A stretch of 64,000 nt of DNA from NCBI RefSeq assembly GCF_009914755.1, contig NC_060947.1; one strand, given 5' to 3'. The number at the start of each line of letters is the position of its first letter. The first letter of the stretch is position 1. This document shows, one piece after another, positions 1 through 13,354 of the stretch. The notes beneath the pieces were generated by a model that saw nothing but the letters and a program-made list of their open reading frames with translations, was not told the origin of the DNA and searched no databases. A program made the translations under genes and the position numbers. The stretch comes from the human T2T-CHM13v2.0 reference genome, Homo sapiens.

Positions 1-810
1 GCATAGTAGGAACTAAATATGTAGTAGTTGAATAAGATTTTCTTTTTAAGCATTGTGTTTTAGAATGAGAAAATTAGACTTTTCCCAGTAATGCCTTGCC
101 ATAATCAGAAAAGTAATGGCTGATCCTCAGGTTCAGAGTTTTGCTCACAGAGAAGTGAGCTCTTATACTTTGTTCCTGGCAGGAAATTTGTTCTTGCCCA
201 ACTTGCTCTCTGGAATGAGAAAGTGGACTTTGGCCTTTTACTAAGCTCCTGTGTCCCAGTGTAACTGAAAATTTTCTTTACTGTTTTCCCATCTAGATGT
301 TCAAAGCAATGGTGCCTCCTCCTATCTACCCCAAAGGTTTTTGTAATGATAGCTCTTCAGGACACTGAGCTCTTAGAAGAAAGGTATATATAGATGAAAA
401 GTACTATCATATACAAAACAGACACTTTTCAGCCAAGATACATTTTAAAACCAAAATGAATACAGTTTCTGGAGTGTCAGTTAATAAATATAAATGAATA
501 TACTGAACTTATCTGCATCATAGGGGAACTGAAAGAAGTAATTGATGCTTATAAACTTTCTGGAAGTCTTTGAATTAAAGAGTCTAAAATGTGTAAAGTA
601 TGATTACCTTCCTTATTATGAAAGTTATAATTAATACACACACACATTGTTCAATTCAGATTCACAGCTAGGACTTGTTTAAATTGAACAAACCCTTTAA
701 AATTAATATTTGGGGAGGTAGTCTCTATTCCCTCTAGAGTTCTCACTCATTTGGGTGGGCACAAACTTATACAGATTCTAGTCTCACCCAAGTACATTCT
801 GCCACCTGTA

Positions 811-1103
<293 letters not shown>

Positions 1104-3059
1104 CTGCCACCTGTATTTTATAATTTTAGTAATCTGCCTTGCATTCATGGCAGGAAAAACTTAAATAACCCTGTGTTATTTATTCAAGCTTCACAGAAAT
1201 CAGGAGCCAAATAAGAGGGAGGAGAGATATTTCTGCATTTAGCAAGGTTACTTCAGATGGCTGGACGTTCTCTGTGACATTTGCTTTAAAAATATTCTTC
1301 CAGTTTCATTAAACTGTCTTTGATAGATATCAACCAAATATTCCCTGTAGTCTAGTTTTTCACATTCCTAAATGATTGGCATTAGAGTTAGAAGGGGAAA
1401 AGGGATATACGAGTAAATGGGCTGAGATGGGGGGCAGACAGTTGGAAGAACTCATGGGGCAGGGCAAAGGAGTGACCAGTATTCATTAAGCAACAAAAAG
1501 CTGTGGAACTTTTTAGAAGTATACTGTATTTTCATTCATTTGCTGAGAATGTAGATACAATTTGTTCAGATTACAAAGGAATGTCCCACTTAGGAACATA
1601 CTGTTCAGAAGGACAGAGAACAAAATGTTTCTGCCCAAGCTCACTTGCTCAGGGTGTGCTAGGGAAAAGAAAAAACTTACCATTTTTATAGTTCAAAACC
1701 ACTCGAATACTCTCCACTGTAAAATTCTTTTAACTTTGCTGTGGATTTGAATTTTCTACAATAAAATGTCAGAGGAAAAAATAGAAATGTCTCTTTACTC
1801 CTATTCCACTACCACCCCTCCCTACTTCAGGCATCAAGCACACAGAATCAGAGCTCAGTGAATCTTTCTAATTACTTTGTAAATTATATATTCTAGAATG
1901 TTCTTTGCCATTCTAAGGTGAAATTTAGGCATTCCTCTCTCATCACCTAAGGAGGCGACAATAATATTATCAGAGCCGAACTATAGTAAGAGGTCTTTAA
2001 ATACATTGAATCGTACAGGACATAGAAAATGTGGTAATAACAGACCCATACACACACATTATTAATACCCAAGTAGCCAGAGGTGATCTGAGGTTTTCCT
2101 CTTTGGAGGTGACAGACCAAGAGGTACACAGAGAAACAGTTCACAGTAAAAGAAAAGAAAAGAAAAAAGCAGTGGTCTTCATTATGTGGTATGCCCTGTA
2201 GGTTCTTTAAAAAAATGTGGATTGACTGTTTAAAAAGTGAAGTAACCAAATCTTATTGTTCAATTACTGTTGCAATTATGAGGATTGTATTTTCCAAACC
2301 CAAACTGGGACATACACTTTGAAACTGGGACTGCCTAGAAAATTCAGAATGTGTGATATATCCAGCAGTCTGATTCTGGTCTCTTTCTTTGTACTCCATA
2401 GAACTGAAGGAAAACATTTGAGACAAAATTCTATGAAGGTTTGTTATGAATCTCATTTTATGTTAAGGGACAATTGGCATTTTTGAATTGGAGTCCTGGG
2501 GCTGAAAGCACATGTGCATAATGTAAATATCTTAATTATCATTCATTATCCATCTTCAGAGGTACATTATTATACATAATTATGCATATGCCTCTAAAGA
2601 GGTATGGTTTTTACCTACAGTGACCACAGTTCCCAAATCCCAAACCAAGAAGCATAATCAGCATGATTTAACAAGGAGATTGGATTTTTTGAAATCTGGG
2701 CTGTCCTGAAAAAGCTCAAATATCCCTTGGCAATATCTGTGTCGAATATGCATGCACCTTTTAATAAAGCAAGGCAGAATAGGCCTGTTGTTCAGAGGAA
2801 AAAGGTCAGAAGAAGGTCATGGGTGGGTGACCTTGGAGCCATTTGGTCATATCTCTTTTGCAGCTGGGAGGAGTGAGGAAGGTTAACAGCAAAAGCTCTA
2901 AGAAAAAAAAAAACAAAAAAAACCTAAGGTCTCCATTTGGCATTAGAGTAAAAAGAGAAAAAGAAACTAGCATTTTGAAGGGCAGGCAGTACCCTGGGAG
3001 GATTCTCTCTTAGACTGGGGACTTGGACCCTGGGCTCACTGTGTGTGAGCATAAAAGCA

Positions 3060-3715
3060 GTGATGGGCTGAATTATATACCCCGAAACTTATATGTTGAA
3101 ATCCTAACTCCAAGTACATCAGAATGTGACTGTATTTAGAAATAGGATGTTTAAAGAGGTAGTTACGTTGAATGAGTTTAATTGGGTGTGACATAATCCA
3201 ATCGGATTGGTGTCCTTAAGAGAAGATTAGGACACAGACACACACTCATGGAAGACCATGTGAAGACACATGGAGAAGATGGCCAGGAGACGAGACACAA
3301 AAGAAACCAAACCTGCAGACTTCTAACCTCCAAAACTGTGAGACGGTAAATTCCTGTTGTCTAAGCCACCCAGTCTGTGGTACAGTCAGTCCTCTTTTCC
3401 ATGGGTTCAGCATGTGCAAATTCAATCAATCATGGATTCAAAATTTCTAGAAATAGCAGTACAACAGTAACAATAACACAAAATTTTAAAAAATACAGTA
3501 TAACAACTATTTACGTAGCATTTACATTACATTAGGGATAAGTAATCTGGAGATGATTTAAAATATATGAGAAGATGTGTGTAGGTTATATGCAAATACT
3601 ATACCATTTTAAGTAAGGGACTTGAGCCTCCAGGGATTTTGGTATTGTGCAACCAATCCCCATGGATACCAAGGGACGACTGTACTTTATTACAGCAGCC
3701 TGCCAAACCAGCACA
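3060..3715 (+). mobile_element. MaLR solo LTR (MLT1A/B-like), interrupted by MER2
   Basis: TGATGGGCTGAATT...AGAATGTGACTGTATTT...AAGCCACCCAGTCTGTGGTA, resuming after the insertion as CTTTATTACAGCAGCC. Confidence 0.85.
3383..3682. mobile_element. MER2-like Tigger-family non-autonomous DNA transposon
   Basis: Terminal inverted repeats CAGTCAGTCCTC..CCATGGG / CCCATGGATACCAAGGGACGACTG. TA duplication at 3381-3382 and 3683-3684. Confidence 0.88.
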
Positions 3716-4161
3716 CCAACATAATGTTGATGCACATCAGGGACTCCAACAGGAAGGGAGCCATGTGGACCTGGAAGGGAATAGGTCCTCTGGAAATTTC
3801 TTGCCCTTGGCTTTTTATTTCTCTGGTTCTTGGAGGAAGCCCCAAAAAGAAACTTAGAAAATGTGACACACTCTGAGACCTATCGTTGTGAATTTTCTAC
3901 CCTTGTTTCCAGCCTTTTCATAGTGATTTGGGCATCACATATAACCAGTGTGAGGCTTTACCAGTACTTGTATGAAATCAGCTTGCAAAGACACTGAGAA
4001 GGCTGGTACCAGCAAAAAGATTCCTCATGACAGAACTGATGGATGTTACCCTCTAGTTCCCCCAAAGAGAGTTACAATGTCATGAGATGGCATCATCTTC
4101 AACTGATAACTCAATAGCTATTTGAATTTGATCACGTGCAAGGACAGTATTTGGTTGTAGT

Positions 4162-5781
4162 TGTTAACAGTGCCCTGGGTTATTGCGATCTCCCAGGATA
4201 GAAATCAAGAGAGATCACCAAACATAGCAGCAAAGGAAAGTTTATTCAGCTTGTGCAGAGGGATTCAGCACCAAGAAGGGGAAAAGGAATGGGCTGCTTC
4301 TTGAAGGTAGTCTGTGGGTTAGGGCAATAGGGATTTTCTAGAGGAAACTATTACATCAGGGCATGTAGGAGGGGTTTTTCTAGTGCTTGTGCATTAGCTC
4401 AACATGCTCCTTCATATATCATATGTAGCATTAGCATTTTAAATCTCCACCCTAGGCATAACTTTTGGCATTAAAATGAAGAGGGGTTAACCATAGTTTG
4501 GAGTTTAAGACTAAGTGTACATGAGGGGCCCCAGGGAAATCCCTAGCCTCCTGAAGTAGAAACTTTCTATTAATATCTTCTTGGATCTTTTGTTACTGAT
4601 TGGCTGAAAGTTAGGTAAGCTACAGCTTGAGTAGTAGATTCTTGTTATTTTCCTCTAGACCATATTAAAACATGAAACCCTTAGGCAAAAAATTCATGAC
4701 CAAGAACCCAAAAGCAAATGCAATGAAAACAAAAATAAATAAATGGGAACTAATTAAAGAGCTTCTGCACAACAAAAGAAATAATCAGCAGAGTAAAGGA
4801 ACAACTCACAGAGTGGGAGAAAATCTCCACAAATTATGCATCTGACAAAGGTCTCATATCCAGAATCTACAAGGAACTCAAACAAATCCGCAAGAAAAAA
4901 CAAATAATCCCATCAAAAAGTGGGCAAAGGACACAAATAGACAATTCTCAAAAGAAGATACACAAATGGCCAAGAAACATATGAAAACAATGCTCAACAT
5001 CACTAAAAATGCAAATTAAAACCACAATGAGATACCACCTTATTTCTTCAAGAATTGTTATAACTAAAAAATCAAAAAATAGTAAATGTTGGCATGGATG
5101 TGATGAAAAGGGAACACTTTTACACTGCTGGTGGGCATGTAAACTAGTACAACCACTATGGAAAACAGAATGGAGATTCCTTAAAGAACTAAAAGTAGAA
5201 CTACCATTCAATCCAGCAATCCCATTACTGGGTATCTACCCAAAGGAAATGAAGTCATTATATGGAAAAGACACGTGTACGCACATCTTTATAGCAGTGC
5301 AATTTGCAATTGCAAAAATATGGAGCCAACCTAAATAACCATCAACCAACAAGTGAATAAACAAAGTATGGTATACATACACCATGGAATACTACTTAGC
5401 CATAAAATGGAACAAAATGATGGCCTTTGTAGAAACTTGGATGGAGCTTGAGGTCAGTAATCTAAGTGAAGTAACTTAGGAATGGAAAACCAAATATCAT
5501 ATGTTATCACTTATAAGTGGAAGCTAAGCTATGAGAACACAAAAGCACAAGAATTATATAATGGTCTTTGGGGACTCTGGGGGAAGGGTGGGAGGGGGTG
5601 AGGGATAAGAGTACATACTGGGTATAGTGTACACTGCTCAGGTAATGAGTGCATCAAAATCTCAGAAATCACCGCTAAAGAACTTATCCATGTAACCAAA
5701 AATTACCTGTTCCTCAAAAACTTTCTAAATTAAAATTAAAAAATAAAATAAATCAGGGAAGCAACCAGCCTGCCTATTTCA
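4162..5781 (-). mobile_element. 3' LTR of the provirus, split by an L1PB insertion
   Basis: 4162-4679 plus ~5750-5781 align with 16552-17096. Minus-strand AATAAA at 4241-4246 and CCAAT box near 4600. The LTR name (MER73/MER66-like) is tentative. Confidence 0.93.
4680..5750 (+). mobile_element. 5'-truncated L1 (L1PB-like 3' end) inside the 3' LTR
   Basis: ORF2 C-terminal remnant 5009-5338 ([14 protein letters not shown]), L1PB-type 3'UTR and A tail. Degenerate TSD AAAACATGAAACC / AAATCAGGGAAGC versus AAAACAGGGAACC in the uninterrupted LTR. Confidence 0.92.
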
Positions 5782-5790
5782 TTCCTCCCT
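5782..5790 (-). other. Polypurine tract of the provirus
   Basis: The minus strand reads AGGGAGGAA directly before the TG of the 3' LTR. Confidence 0.75.
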
Positions 5791-5799
5791 GAGAGATTG

Positions 5800-7497
5800 T
5801 ATCCTCCTTATTCTTAAGGGGTTCTGGGTGAAGGTCTTTTTTTCTGTAGCTACTTTCTGCTGAGCATGGGCATACTCCCTATCTTTATCCCTGGGAGGAA
5901 CAGTCATCTCTCATAACTTGGTAAAGAGGCCAATATGGTCTGGACTGGCGGCCTACAGAATTGGCTGGAAGCCTTGTATGACAACTAACTTGACATAAAA
6001 TTGTTATCTGGAACACAAAAATTTTACTAGTAGGTTAAACAAACATTAAACAAACAACAGCCCAGAAATTAATAGAAAAAGCATGGCCAGTAAGGGCCCC
6101 AAGAAGGGAAAAAACCAAGTTATATAGGGTAAGGCTGATTTTACAGCATTCCATATCGAGTCAGCTGTTGGATTCCCTTTACCTAAAGAGTGTAGCCACT
6201 TTGCCTGATTACAAATTGTTTGGATGTTAACTTCTATTTGCCCTGTAGTATTTATCCAAGTACAGCAGGAGGTGTTGGCGACAGTGCATATGCCTCCTTG
6301 TTCTGCCAATAGATAGTCTAGGTCTAAGTGGTTATCCAACACCACATTAGCAAGAAAATTGATGGAGGTCTTCAGAACTTTCAGAGCCTTTCCTGTCTTG
6401 TCTACTATATGACCAGTCTGTCATGTCAGATTACATAAGGTTACCTCACAGTAAGGGAAGACTCCGTAAAAGGCTACTAGTCCAATATTTAGGCCTATTC
6501 CCACTGTGACCATGCCGAGGCCTCACCTTGCTCAACTAGGGGCCTGATGTTGGCAGGTAGAGTTACAGAAGATTACTTCATTTATCATTTCCAAGGCACA
6601 TTTACCCACGAATTGTATATTGTCTATGCAAGAATAGGCCTGAGCCAGTGGAGAAAATGTATAAGAGAAGTAGGACGTGACCCATGGGAGGTGGCTATTA
6701 GGGTGACCATAAAGAAAAACAATTCTGGGAGGAGTGCAAATGCAAATGTCCTCCTGGGTGTTATTGAGAATTGTGAGGTTCAGGTTATTAATTGTGCAAC
6801 TGGGGCCTTGATAATTGTCTGTGTGTTGCTCCATGATTTAATGTACTAGGTAGTCAGGGATGACCTTTGAGGTACCTTGGAGTATGGCAGATCTGCCCCC
6901 GTAACTGAGCTTGTAAATTGCTGTGAACCCTTGGGGCAGTGTAAAGCCGTATTTCTAAAGTGGTGGGATGTTACCCTGCCAGTATTCACATTGCTCTGAG
7001 TGATCAGAAAGCGTTTTGCTAGCAGGTTTGGGCCCATATATTTTTAGTAATTCTATAGGGCACCAATGAGTTAACTTATATGTGCAGAATTTTAAGTTAC
7101 AGGCGGGGTACCAAGTAAAGTTGTAATGAGAAGAAAAATTGCAAGGAATACATCCTGCTCAGGTGTAGTTTAATTCCTCATTTTCTATAGCGAGAGAATA
7201 GTTTTTAGCTGGGGGAAGGGCATAACAAGGAACTTGATGGGTAGGAAGCAGTCTGGCAGCTAAAAGATAGGGTTTAGATAGCTGGCCTCTATTTAAGTGA
7301 TATATGATCAGGTTTAGGGTAGACAGGTTTAAGGATCTGCAAAAGGAACACCCAAAGAGAATTGGGGGTGCCTGTGACAAATCCAGCAGTTAGAAAGGGA
7401 TTCTCCTCTACTGATGATTTTGGAGAAGCTGACTAGGCTATTGCGATTCCAGGGGCCTTGCACCCAGACTAAAAGGAAGAGGGTATAATGAGAGCAT
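5800..7497 (-). pseudogene. env remnant, EnvV (ERVV-1/2)-like gamma-type envelope, with multiple stops and frameshifts
   Basis: SU start WNRNSLVSFSKIISRGESLSNCWICH (CWIC at 7377-7388). Furin site *AR* at 6523-6534 followed by fusion peptide GLGMVTVGIG. Immunosuppressive domain LDNHLDLDYLLAEQGGIC, CX6CC motif (CTVANTSCC) and TM anchor in ORF 6046-6345. Confidence 0.93.
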
Positions 7498-7689
7498 GAT
7501 TAATATTCAAGGCAGGATGCCAGTTTGGTTAATAATTATGCACTTGTAAGTGACTTGATTCTAGCCAATAGGGAGCAGACAGAGTGATGTCAACCAGTAG
7601 ATTATTAAGAAAACACTAACAATTAACAGGAAGAGTAAGCACACTCATATCAGTTATTTATTTAAGAGTATTGCTTAGTTTTATTGCTG

Positions 7690-10289
7690 CCTTCCAGAGG
7701 CAGCTTCCTGAACAAATACTTGAGGTCCTCTGTAGGCTTCCCGGAGTAGACTGTTTCCTCTGAAAAGGCCTGTTCATCAGGAGAAGCAAAAGGTTTTATT
7801 CTAGAGACATGGACTCAAGTCGGAAGTCCTTCCAACGTTATGACTGTTGGAGTGGACAAGATAACCTGGTAAGGACCCTTCTATTTTTCAGTTAACTGAT
7901 CCTCCGGGTTTCCTTCTCACCAAGTCTTGAGTAGGACCTGTGAACCTGGGCTAACACGGAAATGATCTGAAATCCCCTTTCCTAGCTGAGGTAATCTTAT
8001 TACTATATTGAATGATTGACTGCTGAACTCGTCCCAAGTTAATGATGTATTTTAGAGCCTGATTTAAATCTTCATCTAGCAGAAAGCTTGTTTTGAGAAA
8101 AGGCCACCCACAGATCATTTCAAAGGGGTTCAGCTTTATGTTTCCCTTTGGGACAGCTTTTAATCTTAGTAAGGCAATAGAAAGAAACTTAATCTGTGAT
8201 TCCTTGGTGTTTTGGCATAGTTTAGCCAAGGTTTTATTTGTTTGTTTGTTTGTTTCTTAAAGAGTTTTGTTTATTCTTTCAACCTTCCTGGAATACTGAG
8301 AATGTCAGGTGGAGTGAAGTTTGTACTGGATGCCAAGACTGCTATACAGTCCTTGGGTGACCTGGGTGATAAAAGATGGCCTGTTGTCACTTTGTAGGGA
8401 GGCTGAGAGCCTTAACCTAGGAATTATTTTTTTTAAGCAGCCATTTACAAACTTTAGATACTTTCTCTGTCCACATGGGAAAAGCTTTCCCCCAGCCTGT
8501 GAAAGTGTCTGCCAAAAATAAAAGATATTTGAATCCCCCTTTGGGAGCATCTGTGAAAAATCAGTTTGCAATCCCCTCCAAGACAGGTCCCCCAGTGTTG
8601 CACTAGAGCAGTCAGAGGTGGAGCCGGTAGATGGGCTTGGGGATTATTTCTAAGACAAATTTCATATGCCTGAATTACCTGATCCACTGTGGTTTTTAAA
8701 GCCTTGCCCAGTAGGAGATTTTGAATTAAATTTCATAGTGAGCCCCTCCTATAATAAGTTGCCTCATGAAGGCCCTTTATGATTTTCCACTGGTCAGCTT
8801 CTGGTAAGAAAAGGCATCCTTGCTAATCTTCTAGACATCCCTGACTATTTAAATTGTATCCCTCCTCCTCTGGCAATTTCTGTTTTAATTGGCTCTATTG
8901 GGGATTTCAAGGCAAAGTGGAGGGTCTTATTACAAGGGCCAAAGTGTCAGGTTACCCTATCCACGCTGCCTGTTTGGCACTTTATCAGCCTGGTTGTTTC
9001 CTTGGTTGATCAAAGAACTGTCCTTTTGGTGCCCTTTACAGTGTATAACAGCTATTTGGTCAGGGAGTTGAACTGACTCAAAAAAGGATAGAATCACTTC
9101 CTTATCTTTTATCAGGGAGCTCCTAGCAATCAATATTAACCTCTCTTTCTAGACACCTGCATGAGCATGGAGCACCAGGAATCTATACTTAGAGTCAGTA
9201 GATACATTAAGTCTTCTTCCTTCCCCAAGCTGAAGAGCCCCGAGTAGGGCTCTGAGCTCTTTTCCTGAGCTGAAGTGCTTAGGGGAAGTGCTTTGTTTCT
9301 GTGGCTTAGTTTAGGCTGACAGCATGTCCTGCCTTCCAGACTCCATTCTCTACAAAGGTACTCCCATGTAAACCATTCTTCATCTGGATTTTCTAAGAGG
9401 GTGTCCTGTAGGTCCATTCAGCTAGAATAGGTCTTCTCTAAAGTCTCCAAACAGGTGTGTTCCGGTGTCTCGAAAGTGAGTGACGGAAGCAGGGTGGCAG
9501 GTTTCAAGGTCTAACATACCTTTAAGGTCTGGGATGTCCAGTAGCAGGGCCTGGTATTGAGTTAACCTCCCCCCAGTCAACCAGTGGTGCCCTTCTATTT
9601 CTAACACATCCTGGACCTGGTGGGGAGTGTAAACGTCAAGGAGTTGGCCTGTGTGAGTTTGGAGACCTCTCTAACCAGGAGGCTAGGGGCTGCCAGTGCT
9701 CTAAGGCAGCTGGGCCACCCCTGGGCTATTGGGTGTAATTGCTTTGAAAAGTAAGCCACTGGCCTTTGAAGAGGCCCTAGCTTCTGAATTAGGACTTCCA
9801 GGGCTTATCCATACCTCTCATGTACAAAAAGAAAGAAAGTCTTCCACAAATCTGGGCAAGTTCCACACATCCCAAGGCAGGAGCCTGCCAAAACTCAGAT
9901 TTTAGAGTTTCATATGCTTGCTAGAAAACCTTTTTCCCAGTGGAACAGTTCTTTTTCTCCACCCTTGAGTACCTCATAAAGGGGTTTAACTATGAGGTCA
10001 AAGTTTGGGACCCAAATCTGACAGAAGCTGGCCATCCCCAGAAATCCCCATAGCTCTCTTCTATTACCAGGGACCAGTAGGAAGCAATTGCCTTCTTTCA
10101 GTCTGGGGTGAGTATTCTGGCTCCTGCAGTAAGTATGAATCCTAGATAGTGAACCTGTATCTTGGAGATCTGAGTCTTTGAATAGGAGCTCTTATATCCG
10201 TAGTCAGCCAAGGAACTTAAGATTTTAGTAGTATTTTGTTGAGAATCATGGAAGTCCTCACTAAGAATAAGCAAATTGTCCCCATCTTG
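7690..10289 (-). pseudogene. pol remnant (3' half of RT, tether/RNase H, integrase)
   Basis: QDGDNLL (decayed QYVDDLL) and VHYLGF in RT; HWLTGGRLTQYQALLL; TDSKY in RNase H; integrase QTDFSQM, QSDNRPSF, VERIN and KGPYQVILSTP. Many stops and frameshifts. Confidence 0.93.
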
Positions 10290-13047
10290 CATACACCCTT
10301 TCAGGACTGAGCCAGGAAGGAATTGAGTCCCTAAACAGACCAATAATGAGCTCTGAAATTGAATCAATAATAAATAGCCTACCAATCAAAAAAAAAAAAA
10401 AAAAACCTGGCACCTGATGGATTCACAGCTGAATTCTACAAGATTTACAAAGAAGAGCTGGTACAATTCCTACAGAAACTATTCCAAGAAAATTGAGGAG
10501 GATGGAATCCTCCCCAATTCATTCTATGAAGCCAGAATCATCTTGATACCAAAACATGGCAGAGACACAACAAAAAAAGAAAACTTCAGGCCAATATCCT
10601 TGATGAACATTGATGCAAAAATCCTCAGCAAAATACCTGCAAAACAAATTCATCAGCACATTAAAAAGCTAATCCACCATGATCAAGTAGGCCTCATCCC
10701 TGGGATGCAAGTTTGGTTCAACATACTCAAATCAATAAATATGATTCACCCCATAAACAGAACTAAAGACAAAAATTGCATGAGTATGTCAATCAATGCA
10801 GAAAAGGCTTTAAATAAAATTCAACACCGCTTCATGTTAAAACTCTTAAAAAATTAGGAATTGAGGGAACATACCTCAAAATAATAAGGGCCATCTATGA
10901 AAAACCCACAGTCAATATTCATACTAAATGGGCAAAAGCTAAAAACATTCCCCTTGAAAACCAGCACAAGGCAAGGATGCCCTGTCTCACCACTTCTATT
11001 CAACATAGTATTGGAAGTCCTAGCCACAGCAATCAGGCAAGAGAAAGAGATAAAGGACATCTAAATATGATGAGAGGAAGTCAAACTATCTCTGTTTGCA
11101 GATGATATAATTTTATATCTAGAAAATCACACAGTCTCAGTTGAAAATCTCCTCCAGCTGATAAATAATTTCAGCAAAGTTGCAGGGTACAATATCAATG
11201 TACAAAAATTACTAGCATTCCTATACACCAACAACAGCCAAACCAAGAGCCAAATCAGAAAAGCAATCCCACTCGCAATTGCCACAAAAAGAATAAAATA
11301 CCTAGGAATACAGCTAACCAGGGAGATGAAATGTCTCTATAATGAGAATTATGAAACACTGCTGAAAGAAATCAGAGAAGACATAAACAAATGGAAAATC
11401 ATCTCATGATCATGGTTAGGTAGAATAAATATCATTAAAATGTCTATACTGCCCAAAGCAATTTACAGATTTAGTGCTGTTCCTATTAAACTACCAAGGC
11501 CATTCTTCATAGAACTAGAAAAAAAAACTATTTTAAAATTCATATGGAACCAAAAAAGAGCCTGAATAGCCAAGGCACTGCTAAGGAAAAAGAACAAAGT
11601 TGGAGGCATAATGTTACCTGACTTCAAACTATACTACAAGGCTATAGTAACCAAAACAGCATGGTATTGGTACAAAAACAGTCATGTAGACCAATGGAAC
11701 AGAATAGCCTAGAAATAAGGCCACACATCTATGACCATCTGCCCTTTGACAAAGCTGACAAAAACTAGCAATGGAGAAAAGACTCCCTATTCAATAAATG
11801 GCGCTGGGATAACTGGCTAGCCATGTGCAGAAGATTGAAGCTGGACGCCTTCCTTATACCATACACAATAACCAACTCAAGATGAATTAAAGACTTAAAT
11901 GTAAAACCAAAAACTCTAAAAACTTGGAAGACAGCCCAGGTAATACCATCCTGGACATAGGCATGGGCAGAGATTTCATGATGAAGACACCAAAAGCAAT
12001 CATGACAAAAGCAAAAATTGAAAAGTGGGATCTAATTAAACTTAAGAACTTCTGCACAGCAAAAGAAACTATCAACAGAGTGAACAGACAACCTAGAGAG
12101 TGGGAGAAAATATTTGCAAACTATGCATGTGACAAAAGTCTAATATGCAGCATCTATAAGGGACTTAAACAAATTTACAAGACAAAAACAACCCCATTAA
12201 AAAGTGGACAAAGGACATGAACAGACACTTCTCGAAAGAATACATTCATGTGGCCAAAAAACATGTGAAAGAAAGCTCAACATTATTGATCATTAGAGAA
12301 ATGCAAATCAAATCCACAATGAAATACCATCTCATGCCAGTCAGAATGGTGATTATTAAAAAGTCAAAAAATAACAGATACTGGCAAGGTTACCAAGAAT
12401 AAGGAACACTTTTACATTGTTGGTGGGAGTGTAAATTATTTCAACCATTGTGGAAGACAATGTGGTGATTCCACAAAGACCTAGAAGCAGAAATACCATT
12501 TGACCCAGCAATCCTATTACTGAGTATATACCCAAAGGAATATAAATCGTTCTATTATAAAGATACATGCATGCGTATGTTCATTGCGGTGCTATTCACA
12601 ATAGCAAAGACATGGAAGCAACTTAAATGCCCATCAATGACCAGGTTGGATAAAGAAAATGTGGTGCATATACACCTTGGAATACTATGCAGCCATGAAA
12701 AAGGAATGAGATCATATCCTCTGTAGGGACATAGATGGAGCTGGAGGCCATTATCCTTAGCAAAAAAACACAGGAACAGAAAACCAAATACCACATGTTC
12801 TCACTTATAAGTGGGAGCTTAATGATGAAAACACATGGACACATAGATGTGAACAACATGCCCTGGGGCCTGTCAAAGAGTGGAGGGTGAGAGGAGGGAA
12901 AGGAAAGGAACAATTAACTATTGTGTACTAGGCTTAATACCTGAGTGATGAAATGATATGTATATCAAAGCCCCGTGACATGTGTTTACCTATGTAACAA
13001 ACTTTCATATGTACCCCCAAACCTAAAATAAAAGTTAAAAAAAAAAA
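10290..13047 (+). mobile_element. 5'-truncated L1 (older L1PA, PA13-16-like), ORF2 RT to 3'UTR
   Basis: Begins CATACACCC..GACTGAGCCAGGAAG. ORF2 fragments ([18 protein letters not shown]; [16 protein letters not shown]). 3'UTR ends CCTAAAATAAAAGTTAAAA. No TSD found. Confidence 0.95.
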
Positions 13048-13354
13048 GGCTGGGTGCAGTGGCTCACACCTGTAATCCCAGCCCTTTGGGAGACTGAGGT
13101 GGGCGGATCACGAGGTCAGGAGATTGAGACCATCCTGGCTAACACGGTGAAACCCCGTCTCTACTAAAAATACAAAACAAATTACCTGACGTGGTGGCGG
13201 GCACCTGTAGTCCCAGCTACTCAGGAGGCTGAGGCAAGAGAATGGTGTGAACCCGGGAGGCAGAGCTTGCAGTGAGCTGAGATTGCGCCACTGCACTCTA
13301 GCCTGGGGGATAGAGCAAGACTCTGTCTAAAAAAAAAAAAAAAAAAAAAAAAAA
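13048..13354 (+). mobile_element. AluY inserted in the L1 A-tail
   Basis: AluY diagnostic stretches GAGACCATCCTGGCTAACACGG and GAATGGTGTGAACCCGGGAGGCAGAGCTTGCAG, with a 26-nt A tail. Confidence 0.95.

Noticed and set aside
2280-2735. Two similar short segments (CCAAAC..GGGAC..GAAAA) resembling hAT MITEs
   Set aside because: Too degenerate to define TIRs, TSDs or a family by eye.
8232-8256. (TTTG)n inside integrase as a programmed frameshift signal
   Set aside because: A simple post-integration microsatellite expansion in a dead gene.
10098-10385. ORF suggesting ERV RT continues to 10385
   Set aside because: It is chimeric: bases above ~10290 are antisense L1, and only QDGDNLL onward is retroviral.
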